NCBI GenBank assembly: GCA_963740315.1
Contig: CAVUDP010000002.1
Coordinates: 384,001-448,000 of the forward strand
From: an uncultured cyanobacterium
GTDB taxonomy: Bacteria > Cyanobacteriota > Cyanobacteriia > Cyanobacteriales > Nostocaceae
Direction of reading: 5' to 3'
DNA length: 64,000 bases
Part shown: positions 1 through 10,350 of the stretch, piece by piece
Numbering within the stretch: position 1 is the first letter of the stretch
How the letters are laid out: each line of letters starts with the position of its first letter
Notes under the pieces: generated by a model
Databases searched by the model: none
The model's input: only the letters and a program-made list of their open reading frames with translations
Told to the model about the DNA's origin: nothing
Made by a program: the position numbers and the translations under genes

Positions 1-1361
1 GGGTTGAGATAGCCGCTATCGCGCAACCAGCGGAAGAAGTCTTGAAAACTAACTCTTCCTTGCGCTCCAAGGGTTACTGCTGCTTCAGCATTTAGCTGTC
101 CGGCACCATAATAGTTTAAGCCGTCATCTTGGATAACTCTTGCTGATTCACTAATAACTTTAACTATTTCGTCTGGCTCTTCGACTCCAGTAGCTTTGAC
201 TAATGCAGCAACGCCAGCAACATGGGGTGCAGCCATACTTGTACCCTGCAAGCCAAGAAATACTTCTTCGCCTTTGCTGTCCATATCAACGGTTGCTTGC
301 AGAACTTTACCAGCATCGCTACCGCCGGGAGCAGAAATATCGACTCCAGCACCATAATTAGAATAAGGCGCTTTCTCTCCATCGGGACCCAAAGCCGAAA
401 CTGCGAAAACATTGGGATAACGTGCGGGATAAGAAGCAGCATTCTGGTTTTCGTTTCCAGCGGCTGCAATTATTACTACTTTTTTACTGTGAGCGTAATT
501 GATTGCATCTTTCATCAATTGGCTTTCACCGCCGCCACCCAAACTCATATTAATCACATCTGCGCCATTATCGGCAGCAAATCTAATTGCTTCGGCAATA
601 TCGGCTACCGTACCGCCACCGTAACCGCTAAGCACTTTCAAAGGCATTAAGCTGGCTTCGTAAGCAACTCCGGCTACACCATAGTTGTTATTGGTAGCTT
701 GGGCAATTGTACCGGCGACGTGGGTACCGTGTCCGTTGTCGTCGGAGGCGTTTTCTTTATCGTTTACAAAGTCGTAGCCTTTGACAAACTCGGTTTCAAC
801 TAAATCGCGTACTTTGGTAACGCCGGTGTCAATCACGGCTACCGTTACGCCTTTACCTTTAGTTTTATCCCATGCCCCCTCAACGTTAATATTATGTAGG
901 TGCCATTGTTTGCTGTAATATGGGTCGTTAGCACCTTTGAGGTTTGGCTTTATTTCTTCTACAATATCGTCCGAAGGCTCTAAATATTCAGCCTCCCGTG
1001 CAATTTTATCTTGTTCGGGATTGCCTTGCTCTGGGATTTTATATATGTAGTTTGGTTCGATAAATTCTGTATCTAGCGCAAATTTTGATTTACGTAGTTC
1101 CTTGATTCGCTGTTTATCCCCTTCGATAATATAAACATTATCCTTTTGAGAAAATTTATTATCAAATCGGGGAGTTACATTATACTTTTGGGCTATTGTT
1201 TGCAAATCTTGCTGCAATTCTTCAGATGGGATATCTTCCCGAAAATCTAGCACGATCGTTTTAAATTCACCGCGACTTGCGAGTCCCCGAACGTTCATAA
1301 AAGTTAACAGGGCAAAACTCAACCCGATGACAAACAAGCAAAATAATATGAGTTTTTTCAT
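1..1361 (-). CDS. Subtilisin-like S8 serine peptidase, secreted or membrane-anchored (3' end lies outside the window)
   Basis: Not in the ORF track because it runs off the edge. Reading the minus strand from ATG at 1361 gives MKKLILFCLFVIGLSFALLTF (signal/TM), then VAVIDTG, DDNGHGTHVAGTIAQ and GTSMAAPHVAGVAAL, the Asp/His/Ser triad motifs of S8. Confidence 0.93.
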   Translation of the reverse strand, partial: MKKLILFCLFVIGLSFALLTFMNVRGLASRGEFKTIVLDFREDIPSEELQQDLQTIAQKYNVTPRFDNKFSQKDNVYIIEGDKQRIKELRKSKFALDTEFIEPNYIYKIPEQGNPEQDKIAREAEYLEPSDDIVEEIKPNLKGANDPYYSKQWHLHNINVEGAWDKTKGKGVTVAVIDTGVTKVRDLVETEFVKGYDFVNDKENASDDNGHGTHVAGTIAQATNNNYGVAGVAYEASLMPLKVLSGYGGGTVADIAEAIRFAADNGADVINMSLGGGGESQLMKDAINYAHSKKVVIIAAAGNENQNAASYPARYPNVFAVSALGPDGEKAPYSNYGAGVDISAPGGSDAGKVLQATVDMDSKGEEVFLGLQGTSMAAPHVAGVAALVKATGVEEPDEIVKVISESARVIQDDGLNYYGAGQLNAEAAVTLGAQGRVSFQDFFRWLRDSGYLN

Positions 1362-1559
1362 CTGAATTTAAGACTAGCTGTGCAATCAGTTTGAACACTA
1401 CCATAGCTTATACAGAACTATATGCGCTTAAAAAGGATATCTAACCTTTACAAGTACTGAGTTACGTAAGCTTTATTGGTTTAACGAATTGAATGCTGGC
1501 AATACTTTATTTTTCGTTATTGTTTTATTTTATATGAAGCAGAAAATTAAGGTTATCTT

Positions 1560-1994
1560 ATGGAACGCGGACTTTTATGGTTGCCTTTGCTAGTAGCGTT
1601 TTTTTGGTTGGCTTGGCAAGGCTCTAGGGAATTTAAAAAAGTTGAGGCTTATCGTGTTTGGGCAGAAAATTTTGACCGAGCAAAGTACGATATTTATGCG
1701 GTTTTGGCTCAGAAAGAAAACGATATGACTTGGGGCAAACCTACTGTTAAAGGTATCGTGGATTTGGAAACTTTTTCTTTGAATGATGTTACTGATATCA
1801 ATCTTTTGATAGATGACAAAGTTATTGATATAGACGATTTACCTAGAAAAGCTAAAAAAATTGAATTAGAATTTGTATTTCCCGAAGCCTCAAAATCGGT
1901 TCGGGTACCTTTTACAGAAATTCCTTTAGCTGGGGAATGGGGAAAGTTTTTACAAGGTGAATTACAACGGATTGAAAAAGAATCGGGGAAGTGA
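1560..1994 (+). CDS. Hypothetical protein with N-terminal TM helix
   Basis: 144-aa ORF beginning MERGLLWLPLLVAFFWLAW; divergent from the S8 gene and upstream of thiD. Confidence 0.8.
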   Translation: MERGLLWLPLLVAFFWLAWQGSREFKKVEAYRVWAENFDRAKYDIYAVLAQKENDMTWGKPTVKGIVDLETFSLNDVTDINLLIDDKVIDIDDLPRKAKKIELEFVFPEASKSVRVPFTEIPLAGEWGKFLQGELQRIEKESGK

Positions 1995-2099
1995 GAGATA
2001 AGAAAAGAGAATGCAATTTGAAATTGTTACGACTCTATGAGATTAAACCACACAAAATCAATTACTTTAAGTTCATTATTCATAACATTTTATTGATTC

Positions 2100-2921
2100 A
2101 TGAACGCCAAATCAACCTCCAAGGTGCCTGTTGCTTTAACGATTGCTGGTTCCGATAGCGGTGGTGGCGCTGGGATTCAAGCCGATTTACGTACCTTTGC
2201 TTTTCATTGCGTCCACGGTACTAGCGCTATTACCTGCGTTACCGCACAAAATACTCTGGGTGTAACGCGAGTTGATGCAATGCCAAAAGAAGCCGTTGAG
2301 CAGCAAATTCGGGCTGTATGCGAAGATATCGGAGTGCAAGCAGCTAAAACTGGAATGTTGCTGAATCAAGAAATTATTGCTACCGTTGTCAAACAAATAG
2401 AAACTTTACAAATTCCCAATTTAGTGGTAGACCCGGTGATGGTGTCGCGCACGGGGGCACAGTTAATTGATGATGAAGCCGTAAAAACCCTTCGCGATTC
2501 TCTTATACCCTTAGCCACTATTGTGACTCCCAACCGATACGAAGCGCAAATTCTTAGCGGCTTAGAAATTAAATCCCTTGATGATATGAAAGCAGCAGCG
2601 CAAACCATTCACGAAAAATTAAAAGTCAAAGCCGTTTTAGTTAAAGGTGGCGGAATGCAAGGAAGTTTGCGCGGAGTTGATATTTGGTTTGATGGTAAAA
2701 ACCTTGAAACCTTGCTCATACAATTAGTAGCCACTAAAAATACTCATGGTACGGGTTGTACTTTATCAGCTGCGATCGCCGCTAATTTGGCGCGAGGAGA
2801 TAGTTTATTTAAAGCAGCGCGTCAAGCAAAAGAATATGTTTCTCATGCATTAAATCATGCTTTAGATATTGGCAAAGGACAAGGACCAGTAGGACACTTT
2901 TTTCCTTTGTTAAAAGAATAA
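2100..2921 (+). CDS. thiD: Hydroxymethylpyrimidine/phosphomethylpyrimidine kinase
   Basis: Motifs ALTIAGSDSGGGAGIQADL, VVDPVM, TPN and NTHGTGCTLSAAIAA. Confidence 0.96.
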   Translation: MNAKSTSKVPVALTIAGSDSGGGAGIQADLRTFAFHCVHGTSAITCVTAQNTLGVTRVDAMPKEAVEQQIRAVCEDIGVQAAKTGMLLNQEIIATVVKQIETLQIPNLVVDPVMVSRTGAQLIDDEAVKTLRDSLIPLATIVTPNRYEAQILSGLEIKSLDDMKAAAQTIHEKLKVKAVLVKGGGMQGSLRGVDIWFDGKNLETLLIQLVATKNTHGTGCTLSAAIAANLARGDSLFKAARQAKEYVSHALNHALDIGKGQGPVGHFFPLLKE

Positions 2922-2958
2922 TCTATATTCTTCTTAAAATTGTTTTACATAGTTATTT

Positions 2959-2982
2959 ATAAGGTGACGTTTGTCACCTTAT
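2959..2982 (+). terminator. Hairpin, probable intrinsic terminator after thiD
   Basis: ATAAGGTGAC-GTTT-GTCACCTTAT, a perfect 10-bp stem 38 nt after the stop; U-tail is weak. Confidence 0.55.
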
Positions 2983-3146
2983 TAGCTGGAAAATATGATT
3001 TTTAATGATAAGTTTATTAATATGCTTTCTTATAAGATTCAGTAAGCTTTCTTGTCTTATTCTTAGGTATGTTCGATGTTTTTTAATACTTGCAGATAAT
3101 GTTTGTATTAAATCGGAATGGCATTTATTTTTGATCCCTTATACCC

Positions 3147-3749
3147 ATGCGAGCAATTACAGATCCTGCCTACAACCAGTCACCAACACCAGCTTCACAA
3201 GCTTACTCAGCTTCCGTGCCGTTGAGTGTATACCGCGAATTAGCAGCAGAGTTGCAATCAGCGCAAGTTGCAATACATCAACTCAATCTACAAAACGAAC
3301 ATTTAGCGCAAGAAAATTACGTACTTCGTCAAGAAATTGCGAAAACCGTTAATGCTGTTTTACACTTACAAAATGCAGTGAATTCTTCTGCAAATGCTGC
3401 CCAAAATAGTAATTATCATAGCTCTTTTAATCAAACATCAGTGGAAGCAAACCAGAGATATCCACAACAGAACAAGCAATATCAAAATACACAACGTCAG
3501 CGGCAAGTACAGCCGAAGCGAGCAAAACGCCCGCGTACATCAAAACCCCCTCAAGTAACTGAATATATAGAACCCTTCCCAGAACAAATATATATAGAGG
3601 AAGAAGAAGCAAGCTATTACTACACTGATGAATCAGAATCACAAGTTAGTGGCTGGTGGTTAATTTTTGCAATTGTTTTTATTATTGTTATGGGTTTTGG
3701 CGCTGGTTATGTAGTCGTGCGCCCTCTTTTAGAAAATCATAGCCGTTAG
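3147..3749 (+). CDS. Hypothetical coiled-coil protein with C-terminal TM anchor
   Basis: 200 aa; heptad-rich SVPLSVYRELAAELQ... segment, Q/N-rich linker, C-terminal WWLIFAIVFIIVMGFGAGYVVV. Confidence 0.8.
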   Translation: MRAITDPAYNQSPTPASQAYSASVPLSVYRELAAELQSAQVAIHQLNLQNEHLAQENYVLRQEIAKTVNAVLHLQNAVNSSANAAQNSNYHSSFNQTSVEANQRYPQQNKQYQNTQRQRQVQPKRAKRPRTSKPPQVTEYIEPFPEQIYIEEEEASYYYTDESESQVSGWWLIFAIVFIIVMGFGAGYVVVRPLLENHSR

Positions 3750-3757
3750 GTAATTGA

Positions 3758-3786
3758 ATTTTAGATTTTAGATTTTGGATTTTAGA
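3758..3786. repeat. Heptamer tandem repeat (ATTTTAG/ATTTTGG)
   Basis: About four copies directly visible between convergent genes. Confidence 0.8.
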
Positions 3787-3905
3787 GTTGATTTTAGAAG
3801 CTACAAAGCAAGCCGATTATTATTTCTAAAAGTAGCTGGTTACAAAGCAATAAATATTGCTTTATATTTAATTTATTATGAGTAAATTCCTACCGCCAGA
3901 TAAAA

Positions 3906-5084
3906 TTAATGCGTATAACTTATAACTATATGGTGTTTAAAGTCAAAACTAATTTTATTTTCTTCTTTTAACTTATTTAACAACTTTGTAACTGTTACTC
4001 TAGTAGTACCGCAAGCGCAAGCAAGCTCCTCATGAGTCAAGCGAATATCCAAGCGAGTTCCCTCGGTTATTGGTTGACCAACGACCTGTTTTAAAAGCTG
4101 CAATAAATAGTACAAACGCTCTTTCACCCGTCGTCGTCCAAAGTTGACTAAAAAAGATTCTGTCTGCTGTAGGCGTTGATTAATTTTTGGTAAAATAATA
4201 AGACTTAAAGCAGGATTTGTTGCTATTTCTGCTTGATGAATTGATATTAACTTTATATTACAAAGGGCTGTTGCTTTCGGAGTTTTTTGGGATGTCATGC
4301 TAGAACCAAAAACCATTTCTTTTCCTGCTAAACCAACAAGCATTTCTTCACCACTTTGATTCACCGTACTTAATTTGACTACACCTTCAATAACATACCA
4401 AATCACTGGCGATTCCAAGGAGATAGTTTCCCCTTTACAATATTGATGCACGGTACGACTAAAACAGATGTCGCACTCATTTTGCAGACGCTTAGTAATA
4501 TCGCGTATTATCCAGCGTAAATAGATTGGTTTTCCTTGCTGGCGATCGCTATCGATTCCTACTGAAGCAAATGCGTCAAAAACCACACCATTGCTTTGTT
4601 TGAAGCGTATAATTAATCTTGTGCTTTTGTTCTGAGTGGATATCCTAGAAAGCAGGTAAAGAAAACGCTGATGCTCTTGAGCGGCAACGAAATTAACGAT
4701 CGGTTTGTTAACCATAAATTGTTGTGGTAAACCAAACAAAAGACCAGCTATACGGTTAACTTTGACAATCGTGCCAGTCGGATCGGTAACTAAATAGCAT
4801 TCTGGTGCCAACTCAAATAAATCTTCAGAAGATTGCCTTTGTGCTTCTAACAAATTTCGTGTTTCTATTAATTCTTCATTTTGTTGATATAATTCTTCTA
4901 CTGCCAAGTCTACGATTTCAGAAATATTACCGATTTCGATCAGAGCTTGTGGTAAGATACTTGACACCGCTGCCTGGTCGTTACCATTATTATATAAATC
5001 CTTTAAACGACCGTACATCCGCTCCACTTGATGAGAAAATCCGTCTATAAATTCCGTGTCTATGTTATCTACTAATTTCTTCAT
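3906..5084 (-). CDS. PAS-domain Crp/Fnr-family transcriptional regulator
   Basis: N-terminal coiled coil, PAS (LFELAPECYLVTDPTGTIVKVN...IIRDIT), cNMP-like barrel (YVIEGVVKL...MVFG), and C-terminal Crp HTH (LTHEELACACGTTRVTVTKLLNKL). Confidence 0.85.
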   Translation of the reverse strand: MKKLVDNIDTEFIDGFSHQVERMYGRLKDLYNNGNDQAAVSSILPQALIEIGNISEIVDLAVEELYQQNEELIETRNLLEAQRQSSEDLFELAPECYLVTDPTGTIVKVNRIAGLLFGLPQQFMVNKPIVNFVAAQEHQRFLYLLSRISTQNKSTRLIIRFKQSNGVVFDAFASVGIDSDRQQGKPIYLRWIIRDITKRLQNECDICFSRTVHQYCKGETISLESPVIWYVIEGVVKLSTVNQSGEEMLVGLAGKEMVFGSSMTSQKTPKATALCNIKLISIHQAEIATNPALSLIILPKINQRLQQTESFLVNFGRRRVKERLYYLLQLLKQVVGQPITEGTRLDIRLTHEELACACGTTRVTVTKLLNKLKEENKISFDFKHHIVISYTH

Positions 5085-5730
5085 TTTATATCCTGTTTAT
5101 TTATTGTTTTATTAAAAATTTCAAATTGCTGGACTAACTAGTTTTTTAAACACTAAGGGTGTTTTCAAAAAATACCGTTAGGAGTAACTATGCATAAATA
5201 TTTAGCCATTTTTATAAATAACTGAAATAGCTGTATTCCTTAGCCGTTAACCGTTCCTTACTCCCGTTTCCCCAAATAGGTAATTCCTAAATGCATGACT
5301 AAGTATTATCAAATCTCCTGCAATCCAATCAAGAATTACATCATATAAAGACGTGTTTAATTGATTGCAATGCTAATGTCAAAGCAAGTGCCTAAGTCTG
5401 ACTAAAATTTAAGTTTTATAACTTTGTGTAAACATCTATGCTTTGGCTGTCTAGAAAATGATTTTTTCCAGAAGAAAGATGATAAAAACATTTAATCACT
5501 TTCTTCAACTGGAATCTTCCTCCTAAAGGGCTTCATTTCAGATATAGTTAATAAATTATTTGAATGAAGGTTATAAATAATTTTCTATGATCCAGGTAAT
5601 TACTTAATGTATAATTACTATCTGATTTTTTTACCGGAGGGCAAATGGTAAATATTAATTGATAGTGGTTTGCCAGTTACCGCTTACGAGGCTGGGGATC
5701 TGGTTAGATAGATAAAGCGGATTAAAGTAA

Positions 5731-6081
<351 letters not shown>

Positions 6082-6164
6082 GAAATAAATGAAGTCTGAA
6101 GTTTGAAGTTTGAAGCCTCAAAAATTCATTCTTCATTCTTTGCACTTCATCTTTATTTTTATAT

Positions 6165-6737
6165 TTATGACTTCAATTTTTTTAACTGGGGAAGTAAACC
6201 TGCAAGTGCTTTACCTCGATGACTAATTGAGCGTTTTACCTCAGTCGTCATCTGTGCAAAGGTTGACTGCTTTTGCGGAACGTAAAAAACTGGATCGTAG
6301 CCAAACCCACCCTCGCCACGAGTTTCATAAAGAATCTCACCGCTACAAATCCCCTCCGACTCTAAAGCGATCGCACCATCGGGACGAGCAATGGCGATCG
6401 CACAAGCAAATTGTGCCCCTCTATTGGTTTCGTCTCCTAATTCTTTTAATAACCTAGCAATACGCTCGGAATCATTAGCGCCGTAACGTGCCGAATAAAC
6501 CCCCGGTGCGCCATTTAATGCGTCTACTTGCAAACCAGAATCATCTGCGATCGCCCAATTATTTGTAGCAATTGCAACTTCAGAAGCTTTCAAACGAGCA
6601 TTAGCAGCAAAAGTATCGCCAGTTTCTTCAACTTCCAATTCTTGCGGTTTTAAAACCAATTCCCAATCCAAATCCACAAGATATTCTTGCAATTCCTTCA
6701 ATTTTCCTGGATTTGATGTAGCTACGACTAATTGCAT
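6165..6737 (-). CDS. rdgB: RdgB/HAM1 non-canonical purine NTP pyrophosphatase
   Basis: Motifs ATSNPGK, ADDSGL, GAPGVYSAR, GFGYDPVF and SHRGKA. Confidence 0.96.
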   Translation of the reverse strand: MQLVVATSNPGKLKELQEYLVDLDWELVLKPQELEVEETGDTFAANARLKASEVAIATNNWAIADDSGLQVDALNGAPGVYSARYGANDSERIARLLKELGDETNRGAQFACAIAIARPDGAIALESEGICSGEILYETRGEGGFGYDPVFYVPQKQSTFAQMTTEVKRSISHRGKALAGLLPQLKKLKS

Positions 6738-6744
6738 AAGCTGA

Positions 6745-7029
<285 letters not shown>

Positions 7030-8469
7030 TCACTCTGCCCAATCTTTCGCCCAAGCTAAGGTTTTATGTACCTCATCCAAGGTAGATGCTTCGCAGTATA
7101 AACGTAAAACTGGTTCGGTTCCGCTAAAGCGAATCATTAGCCAGCTATCATCATCTAAACGGAATTTGTAGCCGTCAATTGTTTTACAGTCAACTACTTG
7201 CTTTCCGGCAATTTCTTTAGGAAGTTCGTTTTGCAATTGCTGTAAAAGCCGCTCTCGCACGGACATTCCTGAAAGAGGTAAGTCAATGCGATCGTATGCT
7301 GAATTAAAATTAACTTGTTTTTGTAAATGACTGTAATAGTCACCTAAATCCATTCCCGATTCTACGATTGCTTCTAATACGTATAATGCCGAAAGCAAGG
7401 CATCTCTTTCAGGAATGTGGCTTCCGTAACCGATTCCACCCGATTCTTCACCACCTAACAAAACTTCTGCATCTAACATTCTATCGGCGATGTATTTGTA
7501 ACCTACGGGGGTTTCGTACAGCGATAAATTATGCAGTTTTGCAACCAACGGAATTAAGTCCGAACCGCTGACGGTTTTGACGATTTCGCCAGTAAAGCCG
7601 CGTCTTTGGGTTAAATGGTCAATTAATATGGGAATCAAGATTTGCGAACTGAGGAAGTTTCCTTTGCCATCTACAGCGGCAATGCGATCGCAATCGCCAT
7701 CAAATACTAATCCCACTGATAAACCTTCAGGATTAGCTTCGCGGTGATTTTTTATTACTTTTATGAACTTAGAAATATACTTCGGCAAAGGTTCCGGCGC
7801 ACCCCCTTCAAATAAGGGATCGCGATCGCTATTAATTTCTTGGACTTTATCGCCTAAAAGCATTCCCAATCCACCTGCGGATGCACCATGCATTGCATCG
7901 GTAAATAATGTCAGTTTACCTGAAGCTATGGCATCTCTAATTTTGTCAATATTAACTTTGACGAATAAACCTTGGGTATAGCTCTGCCAAGGATCGAAAG
8001 TTTCTAATTTGCCTTTTTCTCTATTTGAAGATATAGATTGTGTCAGTAAATCTTCAATTTCCTTAGTTACTTCCGACGGTACCGAACCACCAAAACAACT
8101 TTTAACTTTTAACCCTAAATACTTCCCCGGATTGTGAGAAGCTGTAATAACCAAGGCTCCCAAAGCGTTCTGAGCCTTTGCTGCCCAACTAAAAGCTGGG
8201 GTTGGAGCAAAATCTTCAGTCAAAACGACATCAAAGCCTGCATCCATGACAATCTGGGCAACAAACTCTGCAAAATCTTCAGCCATGAATCGGCGATCGT
8301 GACCAACAATGATGGTACGATTACCTACCATTTTTCCGTATGTATTTAATAATACTTGCGCGGCGACTGGTGCAACTAAGGCTAAACGTTCAAAAGTGAA
8401 CTCATCGCCAATAACGCCGCGCCATCCGTCGGTACCAAACTTAATGGATTTACTGGCAACTGGCATCAT
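7030..8469 (-). CDS. Phosphoglucomutase/phosphomannomutase family protein
   Basis: Motifs IKFGTDGWRG, ITASHNP, FDGDCDR, GGEESGG and RFSGTEP. Start more likely the ATG at 8469 or 8466 than the track start at 8523. Confidence 0.95.
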   Translation of the reverse strand: MMPVASKSIKFGTDGWRGVIGDEFTFERLALVAPVAAQVLLNTYGKMVGNRTIIVGHDRRFMAEDFAEFVAQIVMDAGFDVVLTEDFAPTPAFSWAAKAQNALGALVITASHNPGKYLGLKVKSCFGGSVPSEVTKEIEDLLTQSISSNREKGKLETFDPWQSYTQGLFVKVNIDKIRDAIASGKLTLFTDAMHGASAGGLGMLLGDKVQEINSDRDPLFEGGAPEPLPKYISKFIKVIKNHREANPEGLSVGLVFDGDCDRIAAVDGKGNFLSSQILIPILIDHLTQRRGFTGEIVKTVSGSDLIPLVAKLHNLSLYETPVGYKYIADRMLDAEVLLGGEESGGIGYGSHIPERDALLSALYVLEAIVESGMDLGDYYSHLQKQVNFNSAYDRIDLPLSGMSVRERLLQQLQNELPKEIAGKQVVDCKTIDGYKFRLDDDSWLMIRFSGTEPVLRLYCEASTLDEVHKTLAWAKDWAE

Positions 8470-8615
8470 TATTATCCTATATTTAATTCTACTCGCCGCG
8501 ATTCTAGCACTTCCTTTATACAAGGGTTAAAAAAGTTTTACGTAAAATCATGAAAGCTAAATGAAGTTTTTATTTTAATTAAGCGGCGTTATGATGTGGT
8601 GCCAAATTTTAAACA

Positions 8616-9188
8616 TCATTCCTTCTGGACAATCACCGTTGTACCTACAGAAACTAAATTATAAAGCTCGCGCACATCCTCGTTATACATCCGCACGCAA
8701 CCGTGAGAAATTGCTTGTCCAACAGAACTTCTATCGGGAGTACCATGAAATCCGATATAGTCATTACCATCAGTCCAAAATGCAATCCAGCGATCTCCTA
8801 ATGGGTTAGTTGAACCTGGAGGAATACGTTTTCCGGTCTTAAAATTTGTCCAACCCGGATTTTCAATCATATCCATAACTTTGAAGTTACCCGTTGGCGT
8901 TTCCCATTTTGTTTTACCAACTGCAACTGGATAAGTATTTAATAAACTTTCCCCTTGATAAACATAGAGTTTTCGCGGTTTGAGCTTGAGTATTAAACGG
9001 ATTTCATTCTCGTCCGTATATGTAACATTTCGGAATATATCAATATCTTCGTCAGTATTGTTGTTAACTTCAGCGGATGTATTTTGCTCGGCATTTTGTT
9101 GAGCAATAGCCGGTAATGAAAATACAAAAAATACCGTAGCTGCGCCTAACAAAAAATTTAAACTATTACGATAGACATTAATAATCAT
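8616..9188 (-). CDS. L,D-transpeptidase (YkuD/ErfK family), secreted
   Basis: Signal peptide; YPVAVGK..WETPTG, NPLGDRWI and the catalytic motif IGFHGT...SHGCVRM. Confidence 0.93.
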   Translation of the reverse strand: MIINVYRNSLNFLLGAATVFFVFSLPAIAQQNAEQNTSAEVNNNTDEDIDIFRNVTYTDENEIRLILKLKPRKLYVYQGESLLNTYPVAVGKTKWETPTGNFKVMDMIENPGWTNFKTGKRIPPGSTNPLGDRWIAFWTDGNDYIGFHGTPDRSSVGQAISHGCVRMYNEDVRELYNLVSVGTTVIVQKE

Positions 9189-9299
9189 TGTTCGGGGCGT
9201 ATATTAACTATTAAATATATTAAATAAAGTTCTTCACTATTAGTTAGTAATTTCAATATTTAGCCTATCTTCGTACTGAAGAAACATAAATAATTGCCA

Positions 9300-10256
9300 T
9301 TACCATCGCGCTCTGGGGCTGCGGCGATCGGGTTTTTGTTCGCATTGGCATTGCTGGGGTTGTGGTGCTGGTTCTGTTTCTGATGCAGTTTGAGGTGATT
9401 CCTCGACTTGCATTATTGTTGGTGCATTAGGAAACTGCTTAGGTAAAACTGGCTCAATTCTAAAGTTTGTACTTGGCATTAAATCAAGAAATGGTGGTGT
9501 AGTTCTATCTAATGGAACTGCGTCGGGTTTTATGTTTAGCTGCTCTAATGGAACTGCTTCGGGTTTTATTTCCGGTTGTTCTAGTGGAATCGCTTCGGGT
9601 TGTATTTGTGGTTGTTGAATTGGCGGAGGTTCTATAGTTGGTTGCTCAATCGCTTCGGGTTGTATTTGTGGTTGTTGAATTGGCGGAGGTTCTATAGTTG
9701 GTTGCTCAATCGGTTCGGTTTGTATTTGTGGTTGAGTTGGTTGAGGTTCTATAGTTGGTTGCTCAATCGGTTCGGTTTGTATTTGTGGTTGAGTTGGTTG
9801 AGGTTCTATAGTTGGTTGCTCAATCGGTTCGGGTTGTATTTGTTGTGGAGTTGGTGTGGTTGTTGTATCTGGTAATAAAATTGGCTCCTCTTCTGCTTCT
9901 ATAGAAGGCTGCGGCTCTGGCAGTTCTGGTTCTGCTTCTATGGATTCTACCTCTGGGGTTGGAGCCGGTGTATCCGGTAATGAGGTTGGTTCTTCTGCTT
10001 CTATAGAAGGCTGCGGTTCTGGTTTTGCTTCTATGGATTCTGCCTCTGGGGTTGGAGCCGGTGTATCTGGTAATGAGGTTGGTTCTTCTGCTTCTAGAGA
10101 AGGTTGCGGTTCTGGTTCTGCTTCTAGAGAAGGTTGCGGAGCTTGCTGTGCTAAAGTTTTTTGTAGGGGAAAAATGTTAGTACTGGTTACTAGAACTAAA
10201 TAAATAAAAGATAATAAATATTTAATATTTTTTGAATAGTTTCGCTTTGAATTCAT
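9300..10256 (-). CDS. Secreted Pro/Glu/Gln-rich tandem-repeat protein
   Basis: Signal peptide-like N-terminus (...QKTLA-QQ); several repeat families; 57- and 60-bp DNA tandem units at about 9590-9840. Confidence 0.8.
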   Translation of the reverse strand: MNSKRNYSKNIKYLLSFIYLVLVTSTNIFPLQKTLAQQAPQPSLEAEPEPQPSLEAEEPTSLPDTPAPTPEAESIEAKPEPQPSIEAEEPTSLPDTPAPTPEVESIEAEPELPEPQPSIEAEEEPILLPDTTTTPTPQQIQPEPIEQPTIEPQPTQPQIQTEPIEQPTIEPQPTQPQIQTEPIEQPTIEPPPIQQPQIQPEAIEQPTIEPPPIQQPQIQPEAIPLEQPEIKPEAVPLEQLNIKPDAVPLDRTTPPFLDLMPSTNFRIEPVLPKQFPNAPTIMQVEESPQTASETEPAPQPQQCQCEQKPDRRSPRARW

Positions 10257-10350
10257 GGATTAATACCTTAATAAATCAGAAAAATATTTGATGCTATTAA
10301 ATTAGTTAAGCTGATTTTATTTACGAATGAAAGTTAACAATCAAAATATT

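Noticed and set aside
200..650. ORFs 200-469 (-) and 222-650 (+)
   Set aside because: Shadow frames of the S8 peptidase that spans 1-1361.
3005..3352. 115-aa ORF overlapping the 3147-3749 gene (and similar short antisense ORFs inside thiC, pyrG, wzc and the GT genes)
   Set aside because: Alternative-frame shadows of better-supported genes.
9600..10203. Repetitive plus-strand ORFs 9600-9875 and 9856-10203
   Set aside because: Antisense shadows of the Pro/Glu repeat protein, which has the signal peptide and the same orientation as its neighbours.
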